Under the pieces are notes generated by a model, which saw only the letters and a list, made by a program, of their open reading frames with translations, did not search any database and was not told where the DNA came from. Below, piece after piece: positions 9,301 to 15,336 of a DNA stretch of 38,444 nucleotides. A program made the translations under genes and the position numbers. Origin of the DNA: an uncultured Candidatus Saccharibacteria bacterium (GTDB taxonomy: Bacteria > Patescibacteriota > UBA1384 > JACPKC01); contig CAYZPG010000002.1 of assembly GCA_964480605.1 (NCBI GenBank), forward strand, positions 4,871 through 43,314. The letters run 5' to 3'. Position 1 is the stretch's first letter. The number at the start of each line of letters is the position of its first letter.

Positions 9301-9980
9301 CCCAACCGAATCCGTTCTTCGTCCCTGGCACCTTCTCGCTTGTCCTGCCAGAGGGTGAGTTCTACCTCCGCGTCGAAAGCCCTGGCTACAACAGCGTTAC
9401 CTCAAGAATCGTCTCGCTGGACAGTCAAAGCTTCGTGACGGCTCAAGTCGCCCTTGACCAACCGGCCAACATCTTCGCCCGCCTACTCAACCGCTTCTCC
9501 CGCAGCAGTCAAGCCGACAACTTTGCGATCACCGTTACCACGCTACCTACCGTCGAGCAAGTACCCTTGAACGAGCCGGTGCCTGCTATTACCGCCCATA
9601 CAGCCACGACGCCCGACAGCGACCTACTCGGTTCGATCACGACGCCGACCGTACTCATGGTCTATAGCAACTGGAACACGCTCGCCCAGGAGCAGCTCCA
9701 GGTCTTCGCTGCCACCGCAGAGGCAATCGGTACCAGCGTCACCTTCCTACCCCTCTCAACGATGGACCCGGATGCTGACGACGCATCGTACCTAGCGCGC
9801 GGCCAGTACAATCTCGAGCTCTTTAAACCGACCGACAGCTTCTTCGACCAGTACTTTATTGGCAGCCTGCCCCACTTCTTCTTCCTCGACAGCGAGCACC
9901 GACTCATCCGCAGCCTCGTAGGGCCACAGTCCGTCCGTTCTCTTACCGCGCTCGTCGAGAGTACGCTGCTTGGCCGGTAA
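3369..9980 (+). CDS. Giant (2,203 aa) N-terminally anchored mosaic surface protein / putative adhesin
   Basis: The ATG is 3 nt after the upstream stop, with AAGGAAG 8 nt upstream. Domain order by residue: aa 1-30 signal-anchor helix, aa 45-185 unassigned beta-rich domain, aa 206-262 His/Asp-rich ICH...NPY segment. Then A-B-A-B modules at aa 271-773, five ~95-aa repeats, a third A module and four more ~95-aa repeats. These are followed by a Pro-rich linker (PPGTPPTLPTPPPPP), a carboxypeptidase-regulatory-like beta-sandwich at about aa 1953-2030 and a thioredoxin-fold C-terminus. There is no LPXTG or other C-terminal sorting signal. Confidence 0.9.
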   Translation: MTSFAHLFRRLIWLLVLVGAAGLLWLLINPQQQPSTSQQPVQSTSVQFTDPTQFSFDVSRLTIRADSGVELTSPSSTADIILLNPVPVPAGATLEGFEHQAAIGSGGSIAYQLSGDGRSWSYFDGTAWTLARDCTTRCANTADDIDAHLATLSIPSGALHIRTFLTATAEQSPILNSVTVQTSGVSDEQAPADLASTLDIAFATNKVKICHRTSSSSNPYTFLEVNQSSVDGEGENDHTHHDGDIIPITDRNDDGHIDDDDCTAPQPTTTLVATKIVCENEADLPNWGGGGPNITATTATNFLASHSGCHAQSGWQFQWTDESASNPGDTVELVGNPWTTFGPTNASGVAQVSIPLDDVDDDIFVREQVKPGYIGFGQSTGSTNSAEFYCNTDVMNYNNYDVVHNLQANQTYYCIGFNVPAQTPPTWDKSSIEVSGQCQSGTAVFTIRNTGEAGNGDMDGPSQYRVYRNGVLERTESFQLAGGDSLTVSIAGNGDDLRLEADQRPGHPGNSHPNAVVEDCGTLPVGATISATKIVCDVETDLPNWGGGGPDVTSTTATAFLSSHPHCRRESGWQFQWAPAPATNPGDNLGVVGSPWTTFGPTNSNGQSTTTVPLAGVGDRIWIREALQPGYIGFGYAQGNNSVSAEIYCSKDVLNYDNYDFIINPQANTTYHCVAFNVAAPDTSDHSNVQVTAVCQEPYAVFTIANTGTGPMTSPSQYRVYRNNTLETTQSFQLNAGQTLVVTVPGNGDVVRLEADQLPGHPGSPQATIQHCGTPNQPPVAVDDTNNTLVNTPVVTTILANDSDPDGSLVPSSVSILNAPDNGTLPTIDGLTGAVTYLPNPGFFGIDTFEYQVCDNGGLCDTAVVTITVKAPPVAADDAVTTPYQTPVTIPVLTNDTDPDGTLVPSTVTVTASPTNGTITGVNPTTGEISYTPNNGFSGTDLFTYQVCDNDGLCDTATVAVSVNQRVLHPPVAVDDSTSTLRNTSVVIPVLSNDTDSDGTLVPSTVTVTLAPLHGTVTFVNTLTGAITYTPTTGFTGTDQFTYQVCDNDGLCDTAVVTIHVTAPPLVPPVANNDTASTQQNVPVLIPVLGNDTDADGVLVPSTTTITIAPLNGTTSINPTTGEITYTPNTGFTGLDTFTYQVCDNDGLCDTALVSVAVNPPALVPPVATNDSATTDQDTAVVIAVLTNDTDSDGVLVPGTVHVVTPALHGTTSINTLTGEITYTPTAGYSGTDVFTYEVCDDDGLCDTATVTVTIRPGITIFAHKIVCEDEADLPNWGTGGPNITAATATSFMATHPNCALTSDWNFQWGPTSVGNPGDNTGEAAPSTGYTTFGPTNGLGVAQVTLPASAVTSRVWLREVWQPGFIPFTYGTSGNSNNVSAEFYCHTDVLNYDNWDYIDNITLGSTYYCVGFNVAEIEPEPPVAVDDAATTNEDAPVTIDVLSNDTDPDGVLVPSTVTVTVNPTNGTITSINPTTGEITYTPNTGFTGIDVFTYEVCDDDSLCDTAVVTVVIEPVLILLPPVANDDAATTPPATLVTVTALANDTDADGVLLPNTGLIISLPTNGSASMSLVTGDITYTPNVGFSGTDTLTYLICDNDGLCDTAVVTITVTEPAPIPPVANDDAAVTPENTPVTIDILVNDSDTDGILVPATVSILVPPSNGTIAAINTGNGAITYTPNTGFTGLDTFTYQVCDDDGLCDTAVVTVGVNDVPVPPVANNDTATTSTNTPVTISLLANDFDIDGTLVPSTASVVSQPTSGSVALDSSGTATYTPNTGFSGTDQFTYQICDNDGLCDTAVVTITVTPPGTPPTLPTPPPPPLVVPTSVPLATTAIPTPPALGNLIFGANQFVLAAQSQPLSSHGVLQITANEPQTFYLEAKGATAANLINLTTQTIYPLTFDADIKLWTATVSFPDAGTYQLQGQISNGSQSYAREINQVVVTDPSTVTVNGNQVEATVTVFEQDIATGNFHTWNGSSYAQPNPFFVPGTFSLVLPEGEFYLRVESPGYNSVTSRIVSLDSQSFVTAQVALDQPANIFARLLNRFSRSSQADNFAITVTTLPTVEQVPLNEPVPAITAHTATTPDSDLLGSITTPTVLMVYSNWNTLAQEQLQVFAATAEAIGTSVTFLPLSTMDPDADDASYLARGQYNLELFKPTDSFFDQYFIGSLPHFFFLDSEHRLIRSLVGPQSVRSLTALVESTLLGR
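4179..5687 (+). repeat. In-frame tandem duplication of a ~250-aa A+B module pair inside the giant CDS
   Basis: A1 4179-4625, B1 4638-4931, A2 4947-5405, B2 5418-5687. A consensus: KIVC..E.DLPNWGGGGP..T.TTA..F..SH..C....GWQFQW......NPGD....VG.PWTTFGPTN......V.......D.I..RE...PGYIGFG........SAE.YC..DV.NY.NYD......AN.TY.C..FNV. B consensus: C....AVFTI.NTG....M..PSQYRVYRN..LE...SFQL.AG..L.V...GNGD..RLEADQ.PGHPG........CG. Confidence 0.85.
5700..7136 (+). repeat. Five tandem ~94-98-aa Ig-like repeats ('tandem-95'/Big_9-type) in the giant CDS
   Basis: Each repeat reads PPVA.(D/N)D...T....PV.I.VL.ND.D.DG.LVP.....V......G......TG.ITYTPN.GF.G.D.F.Y.VCD.DGLCDTA.V.. and the copies start at aa 778, 872, 970, 1068 and 1166. 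The nucleotide stretch ttcacctaccaggtctgcgacaacga recurs at about 6197, 6490 and 6781. Confidence 0.85.
7143..7610 (+). repeat. Third copy of module A, interrupting the ~95-aa repeat array
   Basis: HKIVCEDEADLPNWGTGGPNITAATATSFMATHPNC...DWNFQW...NPGDN...TTFGPTN...RVWLREVWQPGFIPF...SAEFYCHTDVLNYDNWD...TYYCVGFNV. All four Cys positions are the same as in A1 and A2. Confidence 0.85.
7629..8780 (+). repeat. Four more tandem ~97-aa Ig-like repeats in the giant CDS
   Basis: Same consensus as 5700-7136, with copies starting at aa 1421, 1520, 1617 and 1714. About 50 nt at 8401-8450 match 6751-6800 almost exactly (one mismatch by eye). Confidence 0.85.
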
Positions 9981-10022
9981 GGTGGCATCGTGGTTCGTGT
10001 AGAATCGACAAAGGTATGATGT

Positions 10023-12350
10023 ATGGCAGATGAGTCACTGCGGGTCACGAAGCTCGCCTCCACAACCCGGCTGTCCGATCGCTACCTCACCGTGCAGATC
10101 AAAGAGGCGCCTGAACCAGGCGTAACGGCCACAGCCGGAGTGGTCGGTGCTCTTGTCGAAATTGAGGGCTCATGGCAGGCCAACGCGCAACTTGGCCAAA
10201 CGATCATCAACACCGCCGCCCGTCACTATTTCCGAGGCACACACGCCCACCCAGTTGCCAACTTCGAAGATGCCCTGAAGAAAGTGAATGAGACCCTCAA
10301 GCAGGCGACCCAGACTGGCGCGACCGACTGGATTGGCCACCTGCATGCAGCGCTCATCCTTGTCGTCGGCACCGATATCCATATTGCTGCCACCGGCCAT
10401 GTCTATGCGATGCTGTTTCGTGACGGTGTCGGTACGCCAATGCACGAGGCAACGCCCGAAGGCACGCAAGCACCGGGCAAGGCCTTTGGCGCACTCCTGT
10501 CTGGCACCATTGAGCGGGGCGACCAACTCATCCTCGGCAGCTCTGGCTTTGAGAAGCTGATTACATCGCGTGAACTTGAAACGCTCTTTGAATCCCCAGA
10601 AGCATTGGCACAGCGCCTGGGCACGCTCCTCCACAGCAAGCGTGGCGCTTGGGTGAATGCCCTACTCATCGACGCGCCCACACAGCCAAGTGCAGAACAT
10701 GCCACGACGATTGCCGTCGATCGGACTGGCATGGCACAGTGGCAAACTGCCACGGCCCAGCTCATTGCACGTACGCAACGACTCATCAAGCCGCTTGGCG
10801 CGTGGTTTGTCACCAAGCCGCACCAACCCGAGGCAGCACCGGCCTCAACAGCTGCCTCCCTCGCACCTACCGTCCCTCAAGCGAAGCAGCTGGCCGACTG
10901 GTCTGCAGCCCGGCTGGACCACCTCCACACAACCACCCTGCCGGCAGTTCGCAAGCAGGCAAGCAACCTCTGGAGCACCCTATTGTCATCGGTGTCATCA
11001 TTGAAAGCGTCCCGTGCGAACAAGGCTGGCGCGGATGCTGCAGCACCAGCAGCACAGACACCGGACGCAACGTCTCCTGCGACACACAGCCTGATCGGGC
11101 GCCCAGTCTACGCAATCCGCGACTACGCCTCGGTCGCGGCGCAAGCACAGGAACAGGTGGTACTACCCACCAATGTCACAAACTACCAGGACGACACAAT
11201 TACGCAGCAGCGGCCAACCTCACTGGCAGCACGCCTCCGCGTACCCGACCTACGCGCCTTGGCAAAACGAATCGAGTGGCGTTCAATCCTCTTCGGGCTG
11301 ATCGCACTCATCCTGCTCATCATTCTCGCCGCCAATATCACCGTCATCACCACCAAGCGCCAAACTGAGGAGTCGAAGCAGGAGCTGCTTACGCAGCTTA
11401 ATGAGCTGCAAGACACCCTGGAAGAGGCTCGGCTGGCGCGCATTTTCAACCAACCAGACAAGGCTGCTGACGCACTCGCTACGGTCCTCGCCGGACTACC
11501 CGCCCTCCTCGACTCTCCAGTTAGCGATGGTGCCCGCCTCCTTGCAGACAAGGCGCAGGGAGAGCTCGATGAGGCAACCAGCACTACCCGACTCGCCAAT
11601 GCCACGAAAATCGCGGACGTCCAAGGAGCAACCTATCTAGTCCAATCTGGCACGCTGATTAGCGTCATCAATGCAACTGGCGGCATCAACCGTATCGATG
11701 CGAGCTCCGGCCAGAACGACACGATCGCCGTACCCGGTGGCCATACCGTCCTTGGGATGACCGCGTACGACAATCAAGCGGGTATCGTGGTGCTGACAGA
11801 TGAGCCGTCAGCACACTCGCTCTCACCAGGACAAGATGGTCTCACCCCGCTCACGAGTGCCGGGGACTGGAAGGCAGGTCCCAGGATCGCCTCCTTCTTT
11901 GGCAACCTCTACGTGCTCGCCGCCGATGACAACCAAGTCTGGAAATACCTCCTCACCCAAGGCACGTATGGCAAACCCGAAGGCTTCTTGACCAACGATA
12001 CAAGCCTCTCAGGGGCTATCGACCTCGCGGTAGACGGGCAACTCTACATCCTGTTCAAAGACGGCTCGGTGAAGCGGTTGAATCGCGGCAAGGCAGATTC
12101 CTTCGCCCTTGGCGCGCCACCGAAGCCGACTGCCACGCTCACCAATCCTAAACAACTCCTGACCACACGCGATAGCAGTCGTCTGTACATCCTCGATGGC
12201 GATCGTATTGTCAGCTTCGACAAATCAGGCGCGTTCCAAGCTCAATACGCCTTCAAGGACCTCCGGAACATTCGGGCTATCTCGCTCGACGAAGGCAAGA
12301 AGGTCTTTACGCTTCTCACGGACGAGGGTGTATACACGAGCCAGTTCTAG
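10023..12350 (+). CDS. Bitopic membrane protein: N-terminal PP2C/SpoIIE-like domain (apparently degenerate), Ala/Pro/Ser/Thr-rich linker, one TM helix, coiled-coil, C-terminal beta-propeller-like repeats
   Basis: The gene starts 42 nt after the giant CDS, with AAGG 8 nt upstream. The N-terminal ~215 aa resemble the PPM fold: DIHIAATGHVYAMLFRDG vs vaNvGDSRaYL.RdG, and GDQLILGSSGFEKLIT vs GD.lLLCSDGL. The TM helix ILFGLIALILLIILAANITVITT is at about 11284-11352. The C-terminal ~250 aa carry repeated strand motifs (LYVLAADDNQVWKY, LYILFKDGSVKRL, LYILDGDRIVSFD). Confidence 0.75.
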   Translation: MADESLRVTKLASTTRLSDRYLTVQIKEAPEPGVTATAGVVGALVEIEGSWQANAQLGQTIINTAARHYFRGTHAHPVANFEDALKKVNETLKQATQTGATDWIGHLHAALILVVGTDIHIAATGHVYAMLFRDGVGTPMHEATPEGTQAPGKAFGALLSGTIERGDQLILGSSGFEKLITSRELETLFESPEALAQRLGTLLHSKRGAWVNALLIDAPTQPSAEHATTIAVDRTGMAQWQTATAQLIARTQRLIKPLGAWFVTKPHQPEAAPASTAASLAPTVPQAKQLADWSAARLDHLHTTTLPAVRKQASNLWSTLLSSVSSLKASRANKAGADAAAPAAQTPDATSPATHSLIGRPVYAIRDYASVAAQAQEQVVLPTNVTNYQDDTITQQRPTSLAARLRVPDLRALAKRIEWRSILFGLIALILLIILAANITVITTKRQTEESKQELLTQLNELQDTLEEARLARIFNQPDKAADALATVLAGLPALLDSPVSDGARLLADKAQGELDEATSTTRLANATKIADVQGATYLVQSGTLISVINATGGINRIDASSGQNDTIAVPGGHTVLGMTAYDNQAGIVVLTDEPSAHSLSPGQDGLTPLTSAGDWKAGPRIASFFGNLYVLAADDNQVWKYLLTQGTYGKPEGFLTNDTSLSGAIDLAVDGQLYILFKDGSVKRLNRGKADSFALGAPPKPTATLTNPKQLLTTRDSSRLYILDGDRIVSFDKSGAFQAQYAFKDLRNIRAISLDEGKKVFTLLTDEGVYTSQF

Positions 12351-12351
12351 C

Positions 12352-14022
12352 CTACATCGCGTCGACGGTCTGGATGCCTAAAAGGGAGAGACCGCGCTTC
12401 ATCACGTTCGTAAACGAGCGAACGATAGCTAACCGAGTCGTCCGGTCAGCAGCGACAGCGTTCATGACCGGATATTGTTCATAAAAGAGGTGGAAGTGAC
12501 TCGCGAGCTGGGCAAGATACTGCGCGAGCAAATGGGGCGACTGTCGAAGAGTTGCCTGCTCGACAACTCCCGGAAATAGCGCGAATGAGCGCAGCAGCGC
12601 AACGTACGGCGTACAGTCGCCAACAGCCGCGTCGGCCACTGCCCCTACCTTGCGGACAATATTCATTGCACGAACGTATGAATATTGAAGGTACGGCGCA
12701 CTGTCTCCTTTCAACGACAACATCCGCTCCCAGTCAAAAACAATATCGTGATTACGGTCGTGCGAGAGATCAAAATACTTCAGTGCGCCAATTGCCAACG
12801 CTTCGACTGTTCGTGTTCGCTCCTCATCAGTCAGTGCATCCGTCTCTCGAACAATAGCTCCGGACCGCCTGGCTGCCTCAGTCAGTAGCTCTTCGAGCCC
12901 AACAGTTGTCCCCTGCCGCGTACTCATTTTACCCGTCTCGGTTCGAACCAAGCCGAATTTGACATGCGTAAGGGCAATCGAAGGGGCAACAAGCCCAAGG
13001 AGTCGAGCGGCGGCGAACACCTGTCGAAAATGGAGCGCCTGCTCATTCGCAACCACGTAGATGATTTCCTGCGGATGGTAGTGTTCGACACGATACTCAA
13101 TGGCCGCCAAGTCCCTGGCTGCATAGATAGTCGAGCCGTCACTCTTCTGGAGTATCAGGGGAACCGACTCATCGGCAATTGGGATCACGAGAGCGCCCTC
13201 GCTCTCCACCGCCACGCCCTGCTGCACCGCCCGCTCTATGAGCGCCGGCACCAATGGCTGGTATCGGCTCTCACCCGCACCCGGATCATCAAAAGCGACG
13301 CCCAAACGCTCATACAACTGCTCGAACTGCCCGCGTGACACCTGCACGAAGTGCTGCCACAGCGCCCTGACAGCCTCGTCACCTTTCTCAAGCCGGTGAA
13401 ACATAGCCTGGCCCTCGGCTTTCAGTGTCGGATTCCCTGGTAACGCCGCGTGGAATCCGACGTAGAGTTCAAGCAGCCGCTCAACCGTTACGTCGTCACG
13501 GATCGCAAGATCGCCGTATGCCTGCTGGTACGCCACGGCCAAATTACCAAACTGCGTCCCCCAATCACCGAGATGGTTCACCGCCACCACCGTGTACCCG
13601 AGTTCCGCGTACAGCCGCCGAAGCGTGTCGCCAATAATGGTGCTTCGCAAATGACCAACACCCATGGGCTTGGCGATATTCGGACCAGAAAACTCGACAA
13701 CGATGGTTTGCCCCTCGCCAATCCGGCTTGAACCGTACCGTGGCGCAGCAGCCTCTTCGACGATGCCTGCCAGTACTGCCGAGGTCGGCTCGATATTCAC
13801 GAATCCGCCTTCGGCACGGACGACGATATTCGACAGCGCCTTCAGTTTGGCAGCAACGTCGAGCGCGTGATCGGCTGGATTCAAACCGCGTTGTTTCGCT
13901 GCAGCAAACACCGGCACGGCTAACCAGGCGGTTGAGCGCGGCGGCACATCAAAGCTAATCGGATACTCGGGACCAAGCAGTGCCGCGATCGAGCTACGCA
14001 GTGCAGGAAGAAATGGCGTCAT
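12352..14022 (-). CDS. argS: Arginine--tRNA ligase
   Basis: 556 aa. Class I motifs FSGPNIAKPMGVGHLRST and GKMSTRQG, plus HLGDWGTQFG and a DALR-type C-terminus ending in ...M. Its start overlaps the tyrS stop by 4 nt. Confidence 0.95.
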   Translation of the reverse strand: MTPFLPALRSSIAALLGPEYPISFDVPPRSTAWLAVPVFAAAKQRGLNPADHALDVAAKLKALSNIVVRAEGGFVNIEPTSAVLAGIVEEAAAPRYGSSRIGEGQTIVVEFSGPNIAKPMGVGHLRSTIIGDTLRRLYAELGYTVVAVNHLGDWGTQFGNLAVAYQQAYGDLAIRDDVTVERLLELYVGFHAALPGNPTLKAEGQAMFHRLEKGDEAVRALWQHFVQVSRGQFEQLYERLGVAFDDPGAGESRYQPLVPALIERAVQQGVAVESEGALVIPIADESVPLILQKSDGSTIYAARDLAAIEYRVEHYHPQEIIYVVANEQALHFRQVFAAARLLGLVAPSIALTHVKFGLVRTETGKMSTRQGTTVGLEELLTEAARRSGAIVRETDALTDEERTRTVEALAIGALKYFDLSHDRNHDIVFDWERMLSLKGDSAPYLQYSYVRAMNIVRKVGAVADAAVGDCTPYVALLRSFALFPGVVEQATLRQSPHLLAQYLAQLASHFHLFYEQYPVMNAVAADRTTRLAIVRSFTNVMKRGLSLLGIQTVDAM

Positions 14023-15203
14023 GCAACTGGCGGCACAAGGCGGATAAACTGTCGCTTTCCTACCTGAATAACCATGCCCTCGCTCGGCGTCAGTGCAGCA
14101 AATTGATCCGTCATGAGTGCACCGTCGACGTGAACGGCCCCCTGTGCGATCAGCCGTGCTGCCTCAGCCTTTGAGGCAGCGAGTCCAAGGTCTACCAGTA
14201 AGAAGGTCAACCGCTCCTGACCCGCGACGGAAGGCCAGCCTGTTGGCAGCTCGGTTGGCTGCTGGCCATCTCGAAACTGGGCATCAAAACCACGACTTGC
14301 CAGTTCTGCCGCCTCGGCACCATGGTAGAACGCAACAACCTCATACGCCATCTTCGCCTTCGCCGCACGAGGATCCTCTGTGATGAGTGACGCCATGACC
14401 GGCTCATGAGGATCAATACCGGCTGCCAAGGCGCAGTAGTCAGGCAGCACGGCGTCGCTCGTCGCCATCAGCTTGCCAAACATTTGGGCCGGACTGTCGG
14501 TAATCCAGATTGCATTGCCATACGACTTGCTCATCTTTCGACCGTCGCTGCCCGTAAGCAGACGGGTGGTGATGACGTATTTCTCCTTCTGCCTCAACTG
14601 TCGCATCAACGTCCGACCAGCCAGCATGTTAAATGTCTGGTCAGTACCGCCAAGTTCCACATCAACATCGAGCATCACTGAGTCATACGCCTGGATGACT
14701 GGGTAGAGCAATTCGGTCAGCGTCACAGACTGACCCGCTTTGGCGCGTTCCTGGAACATATCTCGTTCCAACAGCTGGGCGACGGTAAATTGTCGGCCGA
14801 GTTCTAGGAATGATGCGAGCGAACCGGCAGTACCCGAAGGCTGCCACCACTCGTCATTCTCTCGGACGAGCGTCCGTTTGGGATCGAGGATCTTGAAGGC
14901 TTGCTCCGCATAGTGACGCATGTGCTCAGCAATCTCAGCACGAGACAACTGGGGTCGCGTTCGATCACGCCCCGTTGGATCACCAATCTGCGCCGTAAAA
15001 CCACCCACAAGCAAGATCACGGCATGGCCCTGGTCCTGCAACAGTCGCAGAATCCGCAACGGCACCGCCGTACCAAGGTGGATCGCGGGACTCGTCGGAT
15101 CCACGCCGAGGTATACCCGAAGCGGCTGTTTCGCGGCGGCAGCAAATGCTGCCTCCGTTGGATACACGCGCTCCACTGCCAGATCCCAGTATGATCGTGC
15201 CAT
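14019..15203 (-). CDS. tyrS: Tyrosine--tRNA ligase with C-terminal S4 domain
   Basis: GVDPTSPAIHLG (HIGH-like), KMSKSYGN, and a C-terminal S4-like segment AASKAEAARLIAQGAVHVDG. The ORF track starts at 15308. I prefer the ATG at 15203 (MARSYWD...), which is preceded by AGGAG with a 7-nt spacer and by a TATACT box at 15233-15238. Confidence 0.9.
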   Translation of the reverse strand: MARSYWDLAVERVYPTEAAFAAAAKQPLRVYLGVDPTSPAIHLGTAVPLRILRLLQDQGHAVILLVGGFTAQIGDPTGRDRTRPQLSRAEIAEHMRHYAEQAFKILDPKRTLVRENDEWWQPSGTAGSLASFLELGRQFTVAQLLERDMFQERAKAGQSVTLTELLYPVIQAYDSVMLDVDVELGGTDQTFNMLAGRTLMRQLRQKEKYVITTRLLTGSDGRKMSKSYGNAIWITDSPAQMFGKLMATSDAVLPDYCALAAGIDPHEPVMASLITEDPRAAKAKMAYEVVAFYHGAEAAELASRGFDAQFRDGQQPTELPTGWPSVAGQERLTFLLVDLGLAASKAEAARLIAQGAVHVDGALMTDQFAALTPSEGMVIQVGKRQFIRLVPPVA

Positions 15204-15336
15204 AGGAAAACTCCTCATGCGAGTATAGCAGCCCGCGGCCTCGGCGCCAGACGACGCCGCAGCAAACAGGTTCAAACACTCGTCCTGCACCAAGCTTTGT
15301 GGTACCATTGCGGGGCGATTTTCAACCTACCAAATC

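Noticed and set aside
9981-10022. A TAGAAT -10-like box (cgtgTAGAATc) in the 42-nt spacer before the 775-aa gene, considered as an internal promoter.
   Set aside because: There is no convincing -35, the TG is one position off for an extended -10, and the box is only about 25 nt from the ATG. It cannot be separated from chance, so I kept it only as a remote possibility.
10649-11368. A 239-aa alternative-frame plus-strand ORF inside the 775-aa gene.
   Set aside because: It lies over the low-complexity Ala/Pro/Ser linker, where all frames stay open. It has no start context, and the main frame continues into a TM helix and structured C-terminal repeats.
1514-12350. The idea that the accessory block is a genomic island integrated at tRNA-Pro.
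   Set aside because: I saw no integrase or recombinase gene and no direct repeat of the tRNA 3' end at the far boundary (near 9981-10022 or 12350). Base composition also looks similar to the flanks by eye. A proper GC-skew or k-mer analysis would be needed to exclude it fully.
15204-15336. A possible T-box or other leader upstream of tyrS (or argS).
   Set aside because: Only about 130 nt are shared with the divergent PBP gene. That is too short for a T-box, and no specifier or antiterminator structure is apparent. argS is translationally coupled to tyrS and has no leader.
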